DNA of 64,000 nucleotides, taken from positions 403,612 through 467,611 of the forward strand of contig NMRA01000103.1 in assembly GCA_002633005.1 (NCBI GenBank). The letters are read 5' to 3'. Positions 36,318 through 48,434 of the stretch are shown here, in pieces. Numbering within the stretch: position 1 is the first letter of the stretch; every line of letters begins with the position of its first letter. The position numbers and the translations under genes were made by a program. This DNA is from Phoronis australis (Eukaryota; Animalia; Phoronida). The notes below the pieces were generated by a model. The model saw only the letters and a program-made list of their open reading frames with translations, did no database searches and was not told the DNA's origin.

Positions 36318-38310
36318 GTATAAAAGAAAATTGTGTAGACAAGTTGCTGTTTTCTACTGCGAATCAGTTTATGGAACATTGTGTTGAGAAATTTAACTTA
36401 TCTGTTTACTGGTGTACAAGAACTTCCTGTTAACACTCAATGCAAATTTGGATCATCATGACCTACTGTTGAGTCACATCAGAATAACAAATGATGGTAT
36501 TGGCCAACCACAATTTAGTCTGTAAGCCATGTGCTGATAAGAAAATATATGAGAGATGATTTCTGCCTGGTGAAATGTCTCTGTTAACAACGATCATAGA
36601 ACATCTCGGGTTTTTTCTTCAACTAAAAAATAAACTTACGGTACCTGAGTACTGTGTGTGTGAGGTGTTACCCAATCAGTACATAGACATGGAAGTCCTC
36701 GGCCAATGCTTCACTTTTTAGCATTTTTAAGGTAGAATTACTGTGTTCAGTGCCACGTGCAATACAAATACCATGAGACTTGAGACAGTGGAATTATCTA
36801 TTACATGAAATGCATCATTTGCACAAACTCCGTCTCCCCCTCTTCAATACACACCTTCATTGCACCCGTTTCGGCACTGCCTTGTCCCACGTATTGCACC
36901 GGCCTCCAATTTGGATTCGAGGTGTTCTATTTATTTCTCGCGGGCCGTTTTTTCGCGGACGCAGAAAGAGGGTGGCCAGTTTCGTACTGGGCTTGGTGAC
37001 GGGTTAGCGGCCTGGGTGACGTCAATCCGTCGATTTAATTTCACTCCCTCCGGCTTCTGTCACAATTCATCGGGCCTGTCGCCACCAAAATTAATGATGC
37101 GTCATTAATTTTTACTCTTCCTTGAGTAAACTAAATTATTTGCCGGTGTTGGAAAATTGCGTTCTACAGTTATTCTGCTTTTAAAATTGTGATGCGCTCT
37201 TTTGGGCGCCATTGAGTTACCTATTGGCCAATTTCCATGTTTTTAAATCAACTCTGAGGCTGCGTACATGTCATAACAATCGGAAGTGGTTTCATTTCGT
37301 TACAAGTTTTTAATATTTCAATTCCCGATAAACCCAATTTGAGAACAAGCTCTTAAGAGATACGGCAAAACTTTAGGAAATAGTGCGTAAGTGTGCGTGT
37401 CACGAGTAGGCACTGTTTTCAAAATGACGAAAGATATTTCTGTGTTATAAAAGGTGGAGAATTACGAAAAATAACATTTATTAGAGTGTTTTTTTTTACT
37501 TGTATAAACGGCTGTAACGGGCAAGGTGAGTGTCGATTCATTCCTAGATTCTGCATGCACCCCTGCAGGTTGTTAGCTCTAGATATAAGTTTCACGATGA
37601 GGTGACGAGCTGAACACCTGCCGGGTTGTGTGAAATTTCGGTGTCTATCGGAGCTCTACACATGGCTACCCAGCTGTATGTTGACGATAGTCTTCATACA
37701 GCTAGCAGGCTTTCTACCTAAGTATGTACAATTTTATGAAGCAACTTTTGTAAATAGATCTATATACTTTGTGTATTATACAGTATTTTTAAATGCATTC
37801 TTAGTTTTCAGGTTAATTTCAGAAAATCCGTACTTTGTGTTGCGGCAGGGTCAAATGTTCTGGAAAGAAATTTGTACTGCCTGGGGAAAGAATCCTGCAG
37901 CCGCACACCTTGCCTACTAAAATCTGACAGTGACAGAAATTCTGATTGAAACTTTGAACACGGTCTTTTCAAGAAATATTTCTCTGTCTTTTGCGATGAA
38001 CACTAATGTTCACTCTTAGGTGTAGCTATTTCCCCTCGCCGCTTCCCACTCGGCTAGCTGCTACAGTTTTTATTTGTAAATTCTGCATGGTCACCGCACC
38101 TTATTGTCAAAGTGGAATGTCTTGTCAAACAAAATTTGGATCTTACAAGTGAAAGCTGATCTCTTGTTTTTACATGTACTTCACTTAAGTGTTGCATGTT
38201 AAGTGTTAGCTTTTGATAGACTAATGCTATAGGAAATTACGCTACTTTGCTTCAGTGTTACAACACACCTGTCTCCTTTCATTCTATTCATTGTTTTCCT
38301 TACCTTTCAG

Positions 38311-38524
38311 GGTGCCTGGCACGTCTGTATCCGAGATTTACTTCACCCCTCTGCTCAGAGAACCAATTGTTCGTACGCCTCTAGGAATTACTGTCGGCAT
38401 GAATGCCCTGTTGAACTGTGGTTCAAGAACATTCAGCCCAGCCAGGCATCAACATACTGTTGCAATGGGACAATGATGGAATCGCCAACAACAGATGGCG
38501 TTTGTGTTGATCTCGTCGTTGGTG
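38311..38524 (+). CDS. Ig receptor exon 3: second half of Ig domain 1 (GAW…LWFKNIQPSQASTYCC…VDLVV)
   Basis: Strong pyrimidine acceptor; C-strand W, E-strand L.F.NI, F-strand Y.C; phase-1 donor. Confidence 0.8.
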
Positions 38525-40230
38525 GTAAATATTTTAATTTTCAGGTGACTCAGAGTCCTTGTCATCTGTTCGGTCTTCGCAGAGGATGTTGATTTTTTAT
38601 AGCATGTTGAAGGCGCCCTTGCTCAGCCTTGGAAAAACATTCCTGTAAGGCCGCGACCTCTGAATGAGGCTTTTTTAATCTCATGAAGGCAAATCTCATT
38701 CGGAACCTGGAATGCAGAAGTATACCCTTTTACAGCCAAGTGTAGGAGTGAGTGGAAACCGATTTTGTGAATAGTGCAAAGTTTCTAGCAACGAAGGGAT
38801 CTTTTTATTGTTCAGGTGGGAATTTCTTGGGCAGATGAGTGAATTTAGCTGTCAGAGTGATTTGTAAAATATTTCTCAAAGGTGATAGTGGCGATATTTG
38901 AACCCAAAGTCGTGGCATTGATGCCTGTTCCTGTAATGAAAAATATTGGTGATTTGTACTGCATCTATTACATTACAAATTAATTCTGTAGAGGATTGCA
39001 CTGAAAATTTAATGATTTTGCTCAAAGTTGGAGCTTGTGCCAAATTTTAGAAATAAGGAATGTTCACTGTCTCAAGTTTAGGAATTGTGATCAGCAACTT
39101 GGATGTTACGCAATTTGAGGATACGTGAAAATGTTGCGTTGGAAGTTATTTTTGTTCATTTAATGAACTGCTAATTAAGTCTATTTTCAGACTCTGTTGA
39201 TACAAAATGCAGTGTTCAATATTTGACATATATGATGAATGCTAAACTCACCATGTCCAAACTTACATCATCATGAGAATTCCTTTGTGACTGTCACAAA
39301 TTTTAGAGACTGTTCCAAGTGGGAGAATTTTTACCGTATGTTCTCTGGTTACTTGTACACTTTTTCTTAGCTTTAGTAGAAATTGAGTTCTAATTACGTT
39401 GTGTTGAGGTTGTATGTGGACTTAGTATTTAGTACTGGTGCAATGACATGACAAGTCTTTCTGAGATGGCAGAGCCATCAAATGGTCTTTATGTTCGGCA
39501 AATTCAAACTATTCTATGTTTTTCTCTGTTTAAGCATTGCGATATTTTTCTACAATTTTTGCCAACTGTTCTCACAACGTTGCAGCACATCTGCTCCCTT
39601 GGCAAAAATGCGTTATATGCTTCGAGCCACTTGGTGTGTGGAAACAGTATAATAAAGAGTTAATGTGTGACTGCGTAAGAGCTTAAAGAGTGTCTATAAT
39701 TTCCAGTTCTTAGCAACTGTCCCAAAAAAATCCACTTCGTTCTCAGAACTCCCAGGATGGTGCCGTTTTATCATTCCCAAACAAAAATATTGTAGCCCGT
39801 CACGAAATAGCCTGCAGACAGCAAGGGAAATTTCAACATTTCTGTTTATGTCAGTGCCGACAAACATTGAATATCATGCTAGATCTCGTGACGCGTAATC
39901 TTTCCTTTGACAAGAACAATTAACTCACCGTGGGATTATGGGTAACACAACAGTTTGTCACGTGGTATTTTTGAAGTCTTTCTGTGTTGCATGAGTTCAC
40001 TAACTAGCCAAGTATTTTTGCAACAGTAGTCATACTGCTATTCCCAGAAAAGTGCTCCCAAGTTTGGTTAAATGTTAGTAAAATTTTGTTGATATTTATT
40101 TTTGTTTTAGATTTCTACAATCAAATTGTCAACCACATTGTGTTGGAAACAAGTAAAAAATAGTTTTTCTCTTTGCCAATGTGTTTGTTGTCGCTTTGAT
40201 ATTAGTAGTTATTGCTTGTTTTATTCACAG

Positions 40231-40386
40231 AAAAGAAAAGTTTGTCATTTCGACATATCCCCAATAGTCATGTCAACGTCAGCGAAGGAGATACTCTGGT
40301 GTTGATGTGCAAGGGCTCGGGTTACCCTGAACCTAGATACAAATGGTTGCACAATGGGGCTGTGATCAAAAATGAATCAGTTGATG
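40231..40386 (+). CDS. Ig receptor exon 4: first half of I-set Ig domain 2 (VSEGDTLVLMCKGSGYPEPRYKWLHNG)
   Basis: Textbook I-set motif; cacag acceptor and G|GTATGT donor, phase 1. Confidence 0.9.
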
Positions 40387-40836
40387 GTATGTGCAATTCT
40401 TTTTTCAGTTAACTATTGTTATTGGTGCCACGTTATTACAGCGTGACAATGACCATTCATGTATTTCAATTCCCACGTCTCAAATTCAACTCTTTTGGGA
40501 TGGAAGTAGAAAAGTGCACCGTATGATTAGGCTAGTTTTCAAAAGCTAAGACAGCTGAACGTACTTCTGAGTCAAGACAAGGAACTAGCTCCCCTCATCC
40601 AGATTTTCAATTGTTTGCATCTGTTCTGCAGCTCACTATGCAACAGTTAAATTTAATTTAGGACAAATTGCAAACTAATCTTTATACAAAATGGTGACTA
40701 GCACAGGAGCAGTGGATAAGTGCCTTACGAATACACAGCATTGTGGGTAAATACCACTGAGTGGGAGAAGTTAGTATAATTACAGTATGCGAGTAATTGT
40801 CTATTGCTGCTTCAGCAGTGGTTGCATTGCCGAACT

Positions 40837-40930
40837 GTTAGCACAGTAATTACCATGGCACACCAGTTGTTACCACAGTAATTACCATGGCACACTAGTT
40901 GTTAGCACAGTAATTACCATGGCACACCAG
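40837..40930. repeat. ~32-bp minisatellite x3 (CACAGTAATTACCATGGCACAC core)
   Basis: Directly visible. Confidence 0.85.
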
Positions 40931-40946
40931 GCCTACTGTTGCTACC

Positions 40947-41674
40947 ACAAAATTTCAGAAACCCTTCTTTACTTCCGGGGCCTGTTTCATGAAGGTGACT
41001 GTACGCCAAAACCGACATTTGGTCTTCACATGCTGAAAAAAATTGCCCAAATTATTATTAGCACATCACAATCTAAGAATAATTTATGGAAATTATCTCA
41101 GTAACTAGCAGTTATGTGTAAACTATCAGATATTTTGCTCTTTTGCTCAAGTGAGGCCTAGTCATTTTTCAGAAATATAAGTGTAAAACAAAATTTCAGA
41201 AACCCTTCTTTACTTCCGGGGCCTGTTTCATGAAGGTGACTGTACGCCAAAACCGACATTTGGTCTTCACATGCTGAAAAAAAATTGCCCAAATTATTAT
41301 TAGCACATCACAATCTAAGAATAATTTATGGAAATTATCTCAGTAACTAGCAGTTATGTGTAAACTATCAGATATTTTGCTCTTTTGCTCAAGTGAGGCC
41401 TAGTCATTTTTCAGAAATATAAGTGTAAAACAAAATTTCAGAAACCCTTCTTTACTTCCGGGGCCTGTTTCATGAAGGTGACTGTACGCCAAAACCGACA
41501 TTTGGTCTTCACATGCTGAAAAAAAATTGCCCAAATTATTATTAGCACATCACAATCTAAGAATAATTTATGGAAATTTTCTCAGTAACTAGCAGTTATG
41601 TGTAAACTATCAGATATTTTGCTCTTTTGCTCAAGTGAGGCCTAGTCATTTTTCAGAAATATAAGTGTAAAACA
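40947..41674. repeat. Three near-identical tandem copies of a 241-242-bp unit (intronic)
   Basis: Unit starts at 40947, 41188 and 41430; copies differ only in an A-tract length and a substitution. Confidence 0.95.
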
Positions 41675-42046
41675 TAAGACCAAAGTTCTGACCTGAGTCA
41701 CTTTTCGTGAAGTGCACTCCATATGAGATCGATGAGTTTCTTGTCACAGTTTCAGTTGTCAACTGCAGTACGTAATGGTCTTCAGCAGAATTCTAGGCAA
41801 TTTATTGTAACCACTTTCAAACAAGCAAAGGATAAGCATTGTATGACACAAATACATTCTGTGAAGGATGTTTGGTTTATAGTGCATTACAGCTCTTGCT
41901 AGGTTTATGTCCAACATAACCCCCAGAATTTGGCCAGCAATTTAATGAGACAAGCAAAGGCGGAAGTAATATCTTAAGTGTTAGCTGTGTCTCAAATGAC
42001 AACTTCTTTTTATAAGTGACTGATTTAAGCTTGATTTATGTTCTAG

Positions 42047-42163
42047 GCACTCTGAAGGTTGATGAGGTAACCACTTCAGATGGTGGGTGGTACCAATGTG
42101 TCATGAATAATCGCTTTGAGACTCGGCAGACCCAGAAGATTTCTGTTGACATTAAAATGAAAA
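42047..42163 (+). CDS. Ig receptor exon 5: second half of Ig domain 2 (GTLKVDEVTTSDGGWYQC)
   Basis: L.V..V...DxGxYxC motif; ttctag acceptor and A|GTGCGT donor, phase 1. Confidence 0.9.
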
Positions 42164-43172
42164 GTGCGTAATCACCTGGTCATCATGTTATCGCGTTCTC
42201 ACATTGCTCTTCTGCATTTCCCATTAGTTTTGAGATTTAAAGCGTTGATAATGACATACTGTATCAGACAGCGCATAAATAAGTTTTAGCATGGGCTACC
42301 TTGTGAACTATATGTCTCAAGATTGCACTCTTGTTTGAAAACTGAAATGTTTTACGCCTAAATCAAAATGTTGGCAGTTTGCTGAATGTTTAAAATGGCT
42401 GTTGAAATATCCGGATTGTAATTCTCTTTTAATGAAACTTTGTTTCATTGACTTGTCAGTTTCTAGTATTGGCCAAAGTTCCAATTAAGTAAAATTTTGT
42501 ATGTATACATCAAGTTGAATCTTGATATTTGATCCTAGTACAAAAATCCTCAAAGCCTTGAGTACTTACACTCTGTAACAACATCGATGATTGGGTTGCT
42601 ATGACGATGGTCATACTGAACGTGACTAAGTCATCCTTTCAATTTGTCAATATTTTCTTGATCAGTTCAGATGCCTGTATGAGACCATCTGACATAAAGA
42701 TGTATTTGCATGCTCTTATCTGTCCCAATGTATAGCAGGAACAGTGCTATTCTAATATAATTTATGCTAAATGAAGTGCAGTTGTATTCAATGAGAACTT
42801 CTAATAGTGAAAACAAAAACTTCTGTAATTAGGTGACCTACCTTGTGAGCTCACATAATCAGCGTCATGCAGCGTTATTCCCCCGGTCAACATCAAATCG
42901 CAATACTTAGTGGACACGGTTTAGCGATTGGTGGCAGATCATTTTCACCACAAAACTCGTTCTTAAACACATTTGGCAATTTCAACCTACATCATATACA
43001 CATCGTCGCTGTACATCGTGTTTCTAGATAATTTGACCAAAACATGTTAGAGATAAGGAAATAGCCTGCAAGTTCTACATTCAAATGAATACATTGTTGT
43101 TTATAAAACTTATTTGAGAGGCAATTGTATGCCTTAGACCATTTGTCTGAATTTGCTTTAATGTGTTTTCAG

Positions 43173-43277
43173 GTGTTTTTATCAAGTACAAGTATGTCTT
43201 TGTTGGTGTTTGCTCTGGATTTGTTGTCGTCGTGCTTGTGCTGATTTTTGCGGCGTGCATGTTACGTAAACATGGAG
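43173..43277 (+). CDS. Ig receptor exon 6: transmembrane helix (YVFVGVCSGFVVVVLVLIFAACML-RKH)
   Basis: 24-residue hydrophobic run plus basic stop-transfer; ttttcag acceptor and G|GTACGT donor, phase 1. Confidence 0.85.
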
Positions 43278-44486
43278 GTACGTTCTCCGAATAGGCTTCA
43301 AATGTTATGTTCACGTAAATGTGATTGTCAATTCTCACGAGGATGTTAGGCAAGACATTCTGCATAATTGCAAAATTTAATTTATTTGAAAATTAAGAAA
43401 AGCTTGAGAATGAGAAAATTTCATCTTCCCATGTTTTCGACGAGTCACTAGGTTCAGCCAAACTTTTAATTGAGAGGGACTGAACAGAAGCCTAACTCTG
43501 CAAACTGGATTGTTGCATGGACTAAGATACGTTTCAAACCATGTCTTGGTTTCAAAGACAGGTTTGTGACCATTTTTAGTTCTGTTTTGACAACGAAGCA
43601 CATTTGGACTTGAGTGGGGGGGGCAAACTTTAAACGCTGTTGGTCAGCCACTGCCCAACATCCTGACTTGTATGTGCTTAGTGACCACCACAGTACGGAA
43701 TAAGTTAACAAATCCTGGCTTGTATTACCTGAGTGAGCACTGTATTGGAGACTAAGTTAACAATCTCTTGTAAATCTTATAGCTTGAACCAGTATGACCT
43801 AGTGGAATAAGTGTTTGATTCCTTTACAAAAGGTCGTGGGTTCCTGTCCCACCAGGGCGCACTGCTAGACCTTTGAGTCAGGTCTAGCTCCTCAGATTAC
43901 ACGTCATTTATAAAGCATAAAAATGGTTCCAGGTGATCAGTACAATATGCCCACCTGAGTGGCCTGCGCACGTCTGTTACAACATGTACCAGATCATCCG
44001 CAATTATTTTTATAGCTTAAAGTCCTGTTCTTAATCTGGCGCTGAGCTTGACATGTGTTGATAAGAGCTGCTGATAACTCACGCCTTCCACTATTGTGAT
44101 GTCCCTTGGTTTGCATCATTTGCAGACTCGCATGCTTATTGCGTGATTTGGCCTTGTGCGCAAAATTATGTTGAGTTGTTAGTCAATTCGAATACCTTTC
44201 CTCTGATTTCACCCAAATTCAAAGATGTGATGCCATGCTTCATTGAGAAAGTGCAATACGTGCTCGAACATACCAAGCCAAGAAATGACCTGATGCCAGC
44301 AAAAATAGGCCACGATTCTTCTGTTTTTACCCAGTGCCACCTGGTGCCAGCTTTGAAGTGCAGATTTCAAAATGAATCGGGCACAGACCAGAACCAGTAA
44401 TCCTCGTTTTGACCTTATAAGAACAGTTAAGAAATGGCTTCGATTGGATTCAAACCATTGTGTTATCAAATTTCTTATTGTTTTAG

Positions 44487-44804
44487 GTAATGTGAGAAAC
44501 TATGCTATCATTGACGACAGAGTGAATACACCACCACTAATCGGCGGTTCTGTGGATGGAGGGTCACACTCTACCCTCAGTGATTCACGTGAAATTGAGG
44601 ACGAAAGAATCTGTTATGATGAGCCTTATTTTGACGATAATAACATGGAGCCTCCAGTGGTCACTTATGGCTTAGAGGGTAGTAGCAATGTGTCCAGTGA
44701 AAATCCAGTTGGCATGGATGCAAGTGGTAGTGTGGAGGACAACTATTGTGGCGGTATGGGCAGCTGTGAGGAAAATGGATGCACACAAATTCCCACTGGT
44801 TCAA
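44487..44804 (+). CDS. Ig receptor exon 7: acidic cytoplasmic region with Tyr motifs (YAII, YDEP)
   Basis: ttttag acceptor, open frame, A|GTACGT donor in phase 1. Confidence 0.8.
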
Positions 44805-45430
44805 GTACGTTGATAGTTTTCTTAGGAACAGTGTTGACTGTTCCTTTGGTTGTGACTTTGAGAATGATACTACAGATTCAATAATCCCGCTTCTTTAGGG
44901 TTCAAATCTACAGGGCTTGTATGTGGGGGAAGTGTTTAAATTGCCGGGGGTTTTACACCTAGTGAAGGCTTGGTTTTAAGGAGCTGTGGAGATGAACTGG
45001 GCTTATACACCTAGGGAAGACTTGTGTCAAACATACAATGATTAAGTTGCCGAGTATTGTACAGCTGGCTAAAACTATACCTTGAATTAGACCTTACGCA
45101 ACACAAAATTGGCTTTATAATACTCTGTATGGTGTTAGGATTCTGTTTCCGTTGCCAACTCAAAATACAGGTAGTGCGTGCATTTGCCATTTTCGAATTC
45201 TCAGTTGTAGGCTTGGCTAACCACAATAAACTACGACGCGTTCTTGTGAGTGCCTGTTGGTTTTGATGTTCTTATAAGTAACGTAAAGAGAATCCGATCA
45301 TAGGTGATACTGATTTTATGAGAGAGGAAGGCCGAATTTGGTTTTTGTTTTTAGCTTGCCAAAGAGGGAGAACTGCAAAAAAACTAAATATCTATTCTAG
45401 ACCCATGAAATGATCATATTTCTATATTTT

Positions 45431-46041
45431 ACTGTTATGAAGTTTTATCCGAGGCGTTAAATACCTCCATAACGGCTTTCTCCCGTTCGGTGACTTTACC
45501 ACAAGTAAAGGGTTGTGAGCATGTGATAACATCTAGCTTCTTTGTTAACTGCCAAGCACAGTCTTTGTCTGGTATGACAACAGGCAGGCCAATTATCTAC
45601 CAGGCTTATTACAGACCACGTGGGAACACAGTCAAACCCAGAGCGATTTGGTCTACATTCGGAAAGAATAGATTGTCGTAACTTCGGTTGTAGTTGGGCA
45701 ATTTTGCCGATTCAAAAAGAAACATTATCAGAATTTGACGAGGAATTCAGAACTGCTATGAGTTTATGTTCAAATATGTTATAACTTAACTTTTATTTTT
45801 AACAGCACAGTCCAGTCAGGCTAGATACAATCTTATAGGAGATTAGAGCAATTATCGAACATAAGAGAGCTGGCCCTTCAGCCATAAATGCCAGAATGGA
45901 GTTAATCATAATGTGTAAGATATTGGCTACTGGGGTCATCTTCCCAACTTTATGTTGGGCTATAGAATCGAACATGTTGCGAGCAACGGGAAAACGCCGT
46001 TATGAATTGTATTCAACCCTCGGATAAAACTTCAGAACAGT
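45431..46041. mobile_element. MITE with ~55-bp imperfect TIRs
   Basis: ACTGTTATGAAGTTTTATCCGAGG…ATAACGGC is mirrored by GCCGTTAT…CCTCGGATAAAACTTCAGAACAGT; no TSD seen. Confidence 0.7.
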
Positions 46042-46223
46042 GGAGGGTTTTGCAGGCATCTCTTTAAAATGATTCAAACAATATATGGTGTTATTTTATT
46101 AATCACTCCTGTTGTATTATAAGAAAACTGCCCTGTTCACAAATATGCACCTTCGTAAATGTAAACATAAGTTAAGTTAATTAAACCGTGTGAATGTGAG
46201 TGTGAATGAGCGTATGTAAGTCC

Positions 46224-46680
46224 CAGGCCTTTATCCAGGATTTTGAAAATAGGGTGTCCAAAATGGGGTTCCCAATATTCCAGGGCATCCATGATTCCGA
46301 CGCGTAACCCCCCACCCCCAGCAATACCCCCAAACACACAGATTTTTTTACAAAAAATGCATAGATCAAGGTTTTTACATCTAAGTTTATAAAACAGCCT
46401 TCTATGGTGAGCATTTTTACTAAAAAAAAACTGTAGTCCAAGACTTTTACAGTGCTGTCAATCATGTTTCAAAATAGCAACAATGCATATACTTTGTATA
46501 TACATTGTGTATTTCTTCCTGCTTTGAAAAAAGAGCCCCCATTATGAGCCTTCAGAGGCTTCCTAGTATTCATTGCAATGTGTGAGTCCAAACTTGAAAG
46601 GTTCCTATTGACAGTGAGCGTCCAGATTAGTGCTAGGGCGTCCATTTGGATGCCCAGGACGTAGGCTGCATAAAGGTCTG
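46224..46680. mobile_element. hAT-type non-autonomous element with 8-bp TSD GTAAGTCC
   Basis: TIR CAGGCCTTTATCCAG / CTGCATAAAGGTCTG; identical 8-bp flanks at 46216-46223 and 46681-46688. Confidence 0.85.
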
Positions 46681-46712
46681 GTAAGTCCTCCCCCTTCCCG
46701 TTTCCCTCCCCC

Positions 46713-47761
46713 TTTTATTATGCGCCCACATATTTATATGTGGACGCATTATGCCGTCATCTCCGTCCGTCCATCCGTCCGGGCGGCGTCCGTCCGGTGT
46801 CCGCTGCTTTATCTCCAAAATCCTTTGACATACGTTCATGAAATTTGGCACATATGTTCCATTCATGAATGGGACAGCATGTGCGAACTTTCAAACGGAT
46901 CCGACTACCGGTGTGCCCCCTAGTGGCAATTTTAGTTTTTTACGCTTACCTTTGTATCTTCAAAAGTCCTGAAGGGATTTTCATGAAATTTGGTATGTGG
47001 GCACCTATTAGTGCGATGATGCTATCCTCCCGTTTTCGGATGGATTCGACCTAGTTTGCAACACCCAGTGGCCATTTTTACTGTTTTTGAGTCTGTTTTT
47101 TGGCGTCCACCCCTCTATCAACAAATCGCTATAAGTATGATTGTGAAAATTGGCATGTATGTTCTTACTATGAAGAGCACAGTTGGCGCTGAATTTCCCA
47201 TGACTTTGATTACTGTGGCACCTCCAAGTGCCAGTTTTTTTTTGCGCCCATGGCTATATCTCCCAAACCATTTGCAGGATCTTTACTAAATTTAGCAAGT
47301 ATATTTATGTGATGTTGACAACGGACGATGACGACTTTAGGATGGTTCTGACTACCCTTATGCCTCTAGTGGCAATTTTAGTATTTTACATTGACCTCTG
47401 TATTTTCATAGGTCTTCAGGTGTATACTTTGTGACTATGAAGGAAAAGTTCCAAGTAGAAATTTGTTTCTGGCATTCTAATGCTGTGCTAATCTCGTATG
47501 TTGGAAAATTGGTTTTTAATTCTATGTTTCTGTGGTGCTTTAAGCAACTGTTGTATAGGATGTGCTTGTATTATGAAGATCACTCACATTTTGCCCCTAG
47601 CCTATTGAGGAGACAATGACCATGCCTTTCCATTTTGCAAAGTACAACATACTACATATATGCCCTCTACTGGCCACTTTATGGTACCAATAAACAACCC
47701 TAGAAGGATACCGTATATGGTGCAATTGTGGGCGCATTTCAACGCTCTGCGTTGCTCTTGT
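46713..47761 (+). mobile_element. Full-length Helentron-associated (HINE/DINE-1-like) element
   Basis: TTTT end; 5' subTIR ATGCGCCCACA with adjacent inverted copy; (CCGT)n microsatellite; tandem subrepeats; 3' subTIR GTGGGCGCAT plus short stem-loop CAACGC-TCT-GCGTTG. Confidence 0.85.
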
Positions 47762-48434
47762 AATAATCTCGGCTAATTATCTGCCCAACCATTAGGAGTT
47801 ATTTTTCAAATGGTTATCATTATTACTATGATGTATTATACCCTAGTAAGTTGTACAGATGTGTAGTTGGGGCCACCCAACTCCAGTGGTATCTACTATT
47901 CACTAATGATATGCTTTCTGGGTAAAAAAACATATTAAAAAAATTTTTAAAATAATATTAAAATCCTTTATGATCACAGAATCTTATCAATGCCACAAAA
48001 ATAATGTCCAGGTGTTCATAATCGGACTACAATTTTTTCTACAAAAATTGCGTTTCATGAACTGAGATTGCTGTATTCTTCACAGATATGAGTTTTATCA
48101 CATGAAACTTACAAATTCTGTTGTTGTTTTTTTGCCTCATTAGCCAGAAATGCACGTCTGACTTTGTTTAGGCCTTTTAGCCTGAAATCAAACACATTTA
48201 AGCCACGCCCACTGTAGTAACCGCTGTCAACAGTGGAGTCATCAATATCCATTGAAAAAAAGAAGTCTTGATTTTTAACAACTGACCTCTTGGATAACAG
48301 GCCTTTAAGTTGAACATCACAGAAACGCTTATGTAGTCAATAGAATTAAGAATCAAAATTTGCAAGTTACATGCCAAAAAAATCGATTTTTTTTAAATCT
48401 CCGTGAAAGAAGAGTTCAGTTGGATTTGGGGCAA

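Noticed and set aside
43789-43860. tRNA-like sequences here and at 24508-24579
   Set aside because: Degenerate boxes and no convincing cloverleaf; better explained as SINE heads.
44805-44884. Second hydrophobic TM-like tail (TLIVFLGTVLTVPLVVTL) of ORF 44372-44884
   Set aside because: It lies after a good donor (A|GTACGT) in T-rich intron sequence, so it is probably read-through.
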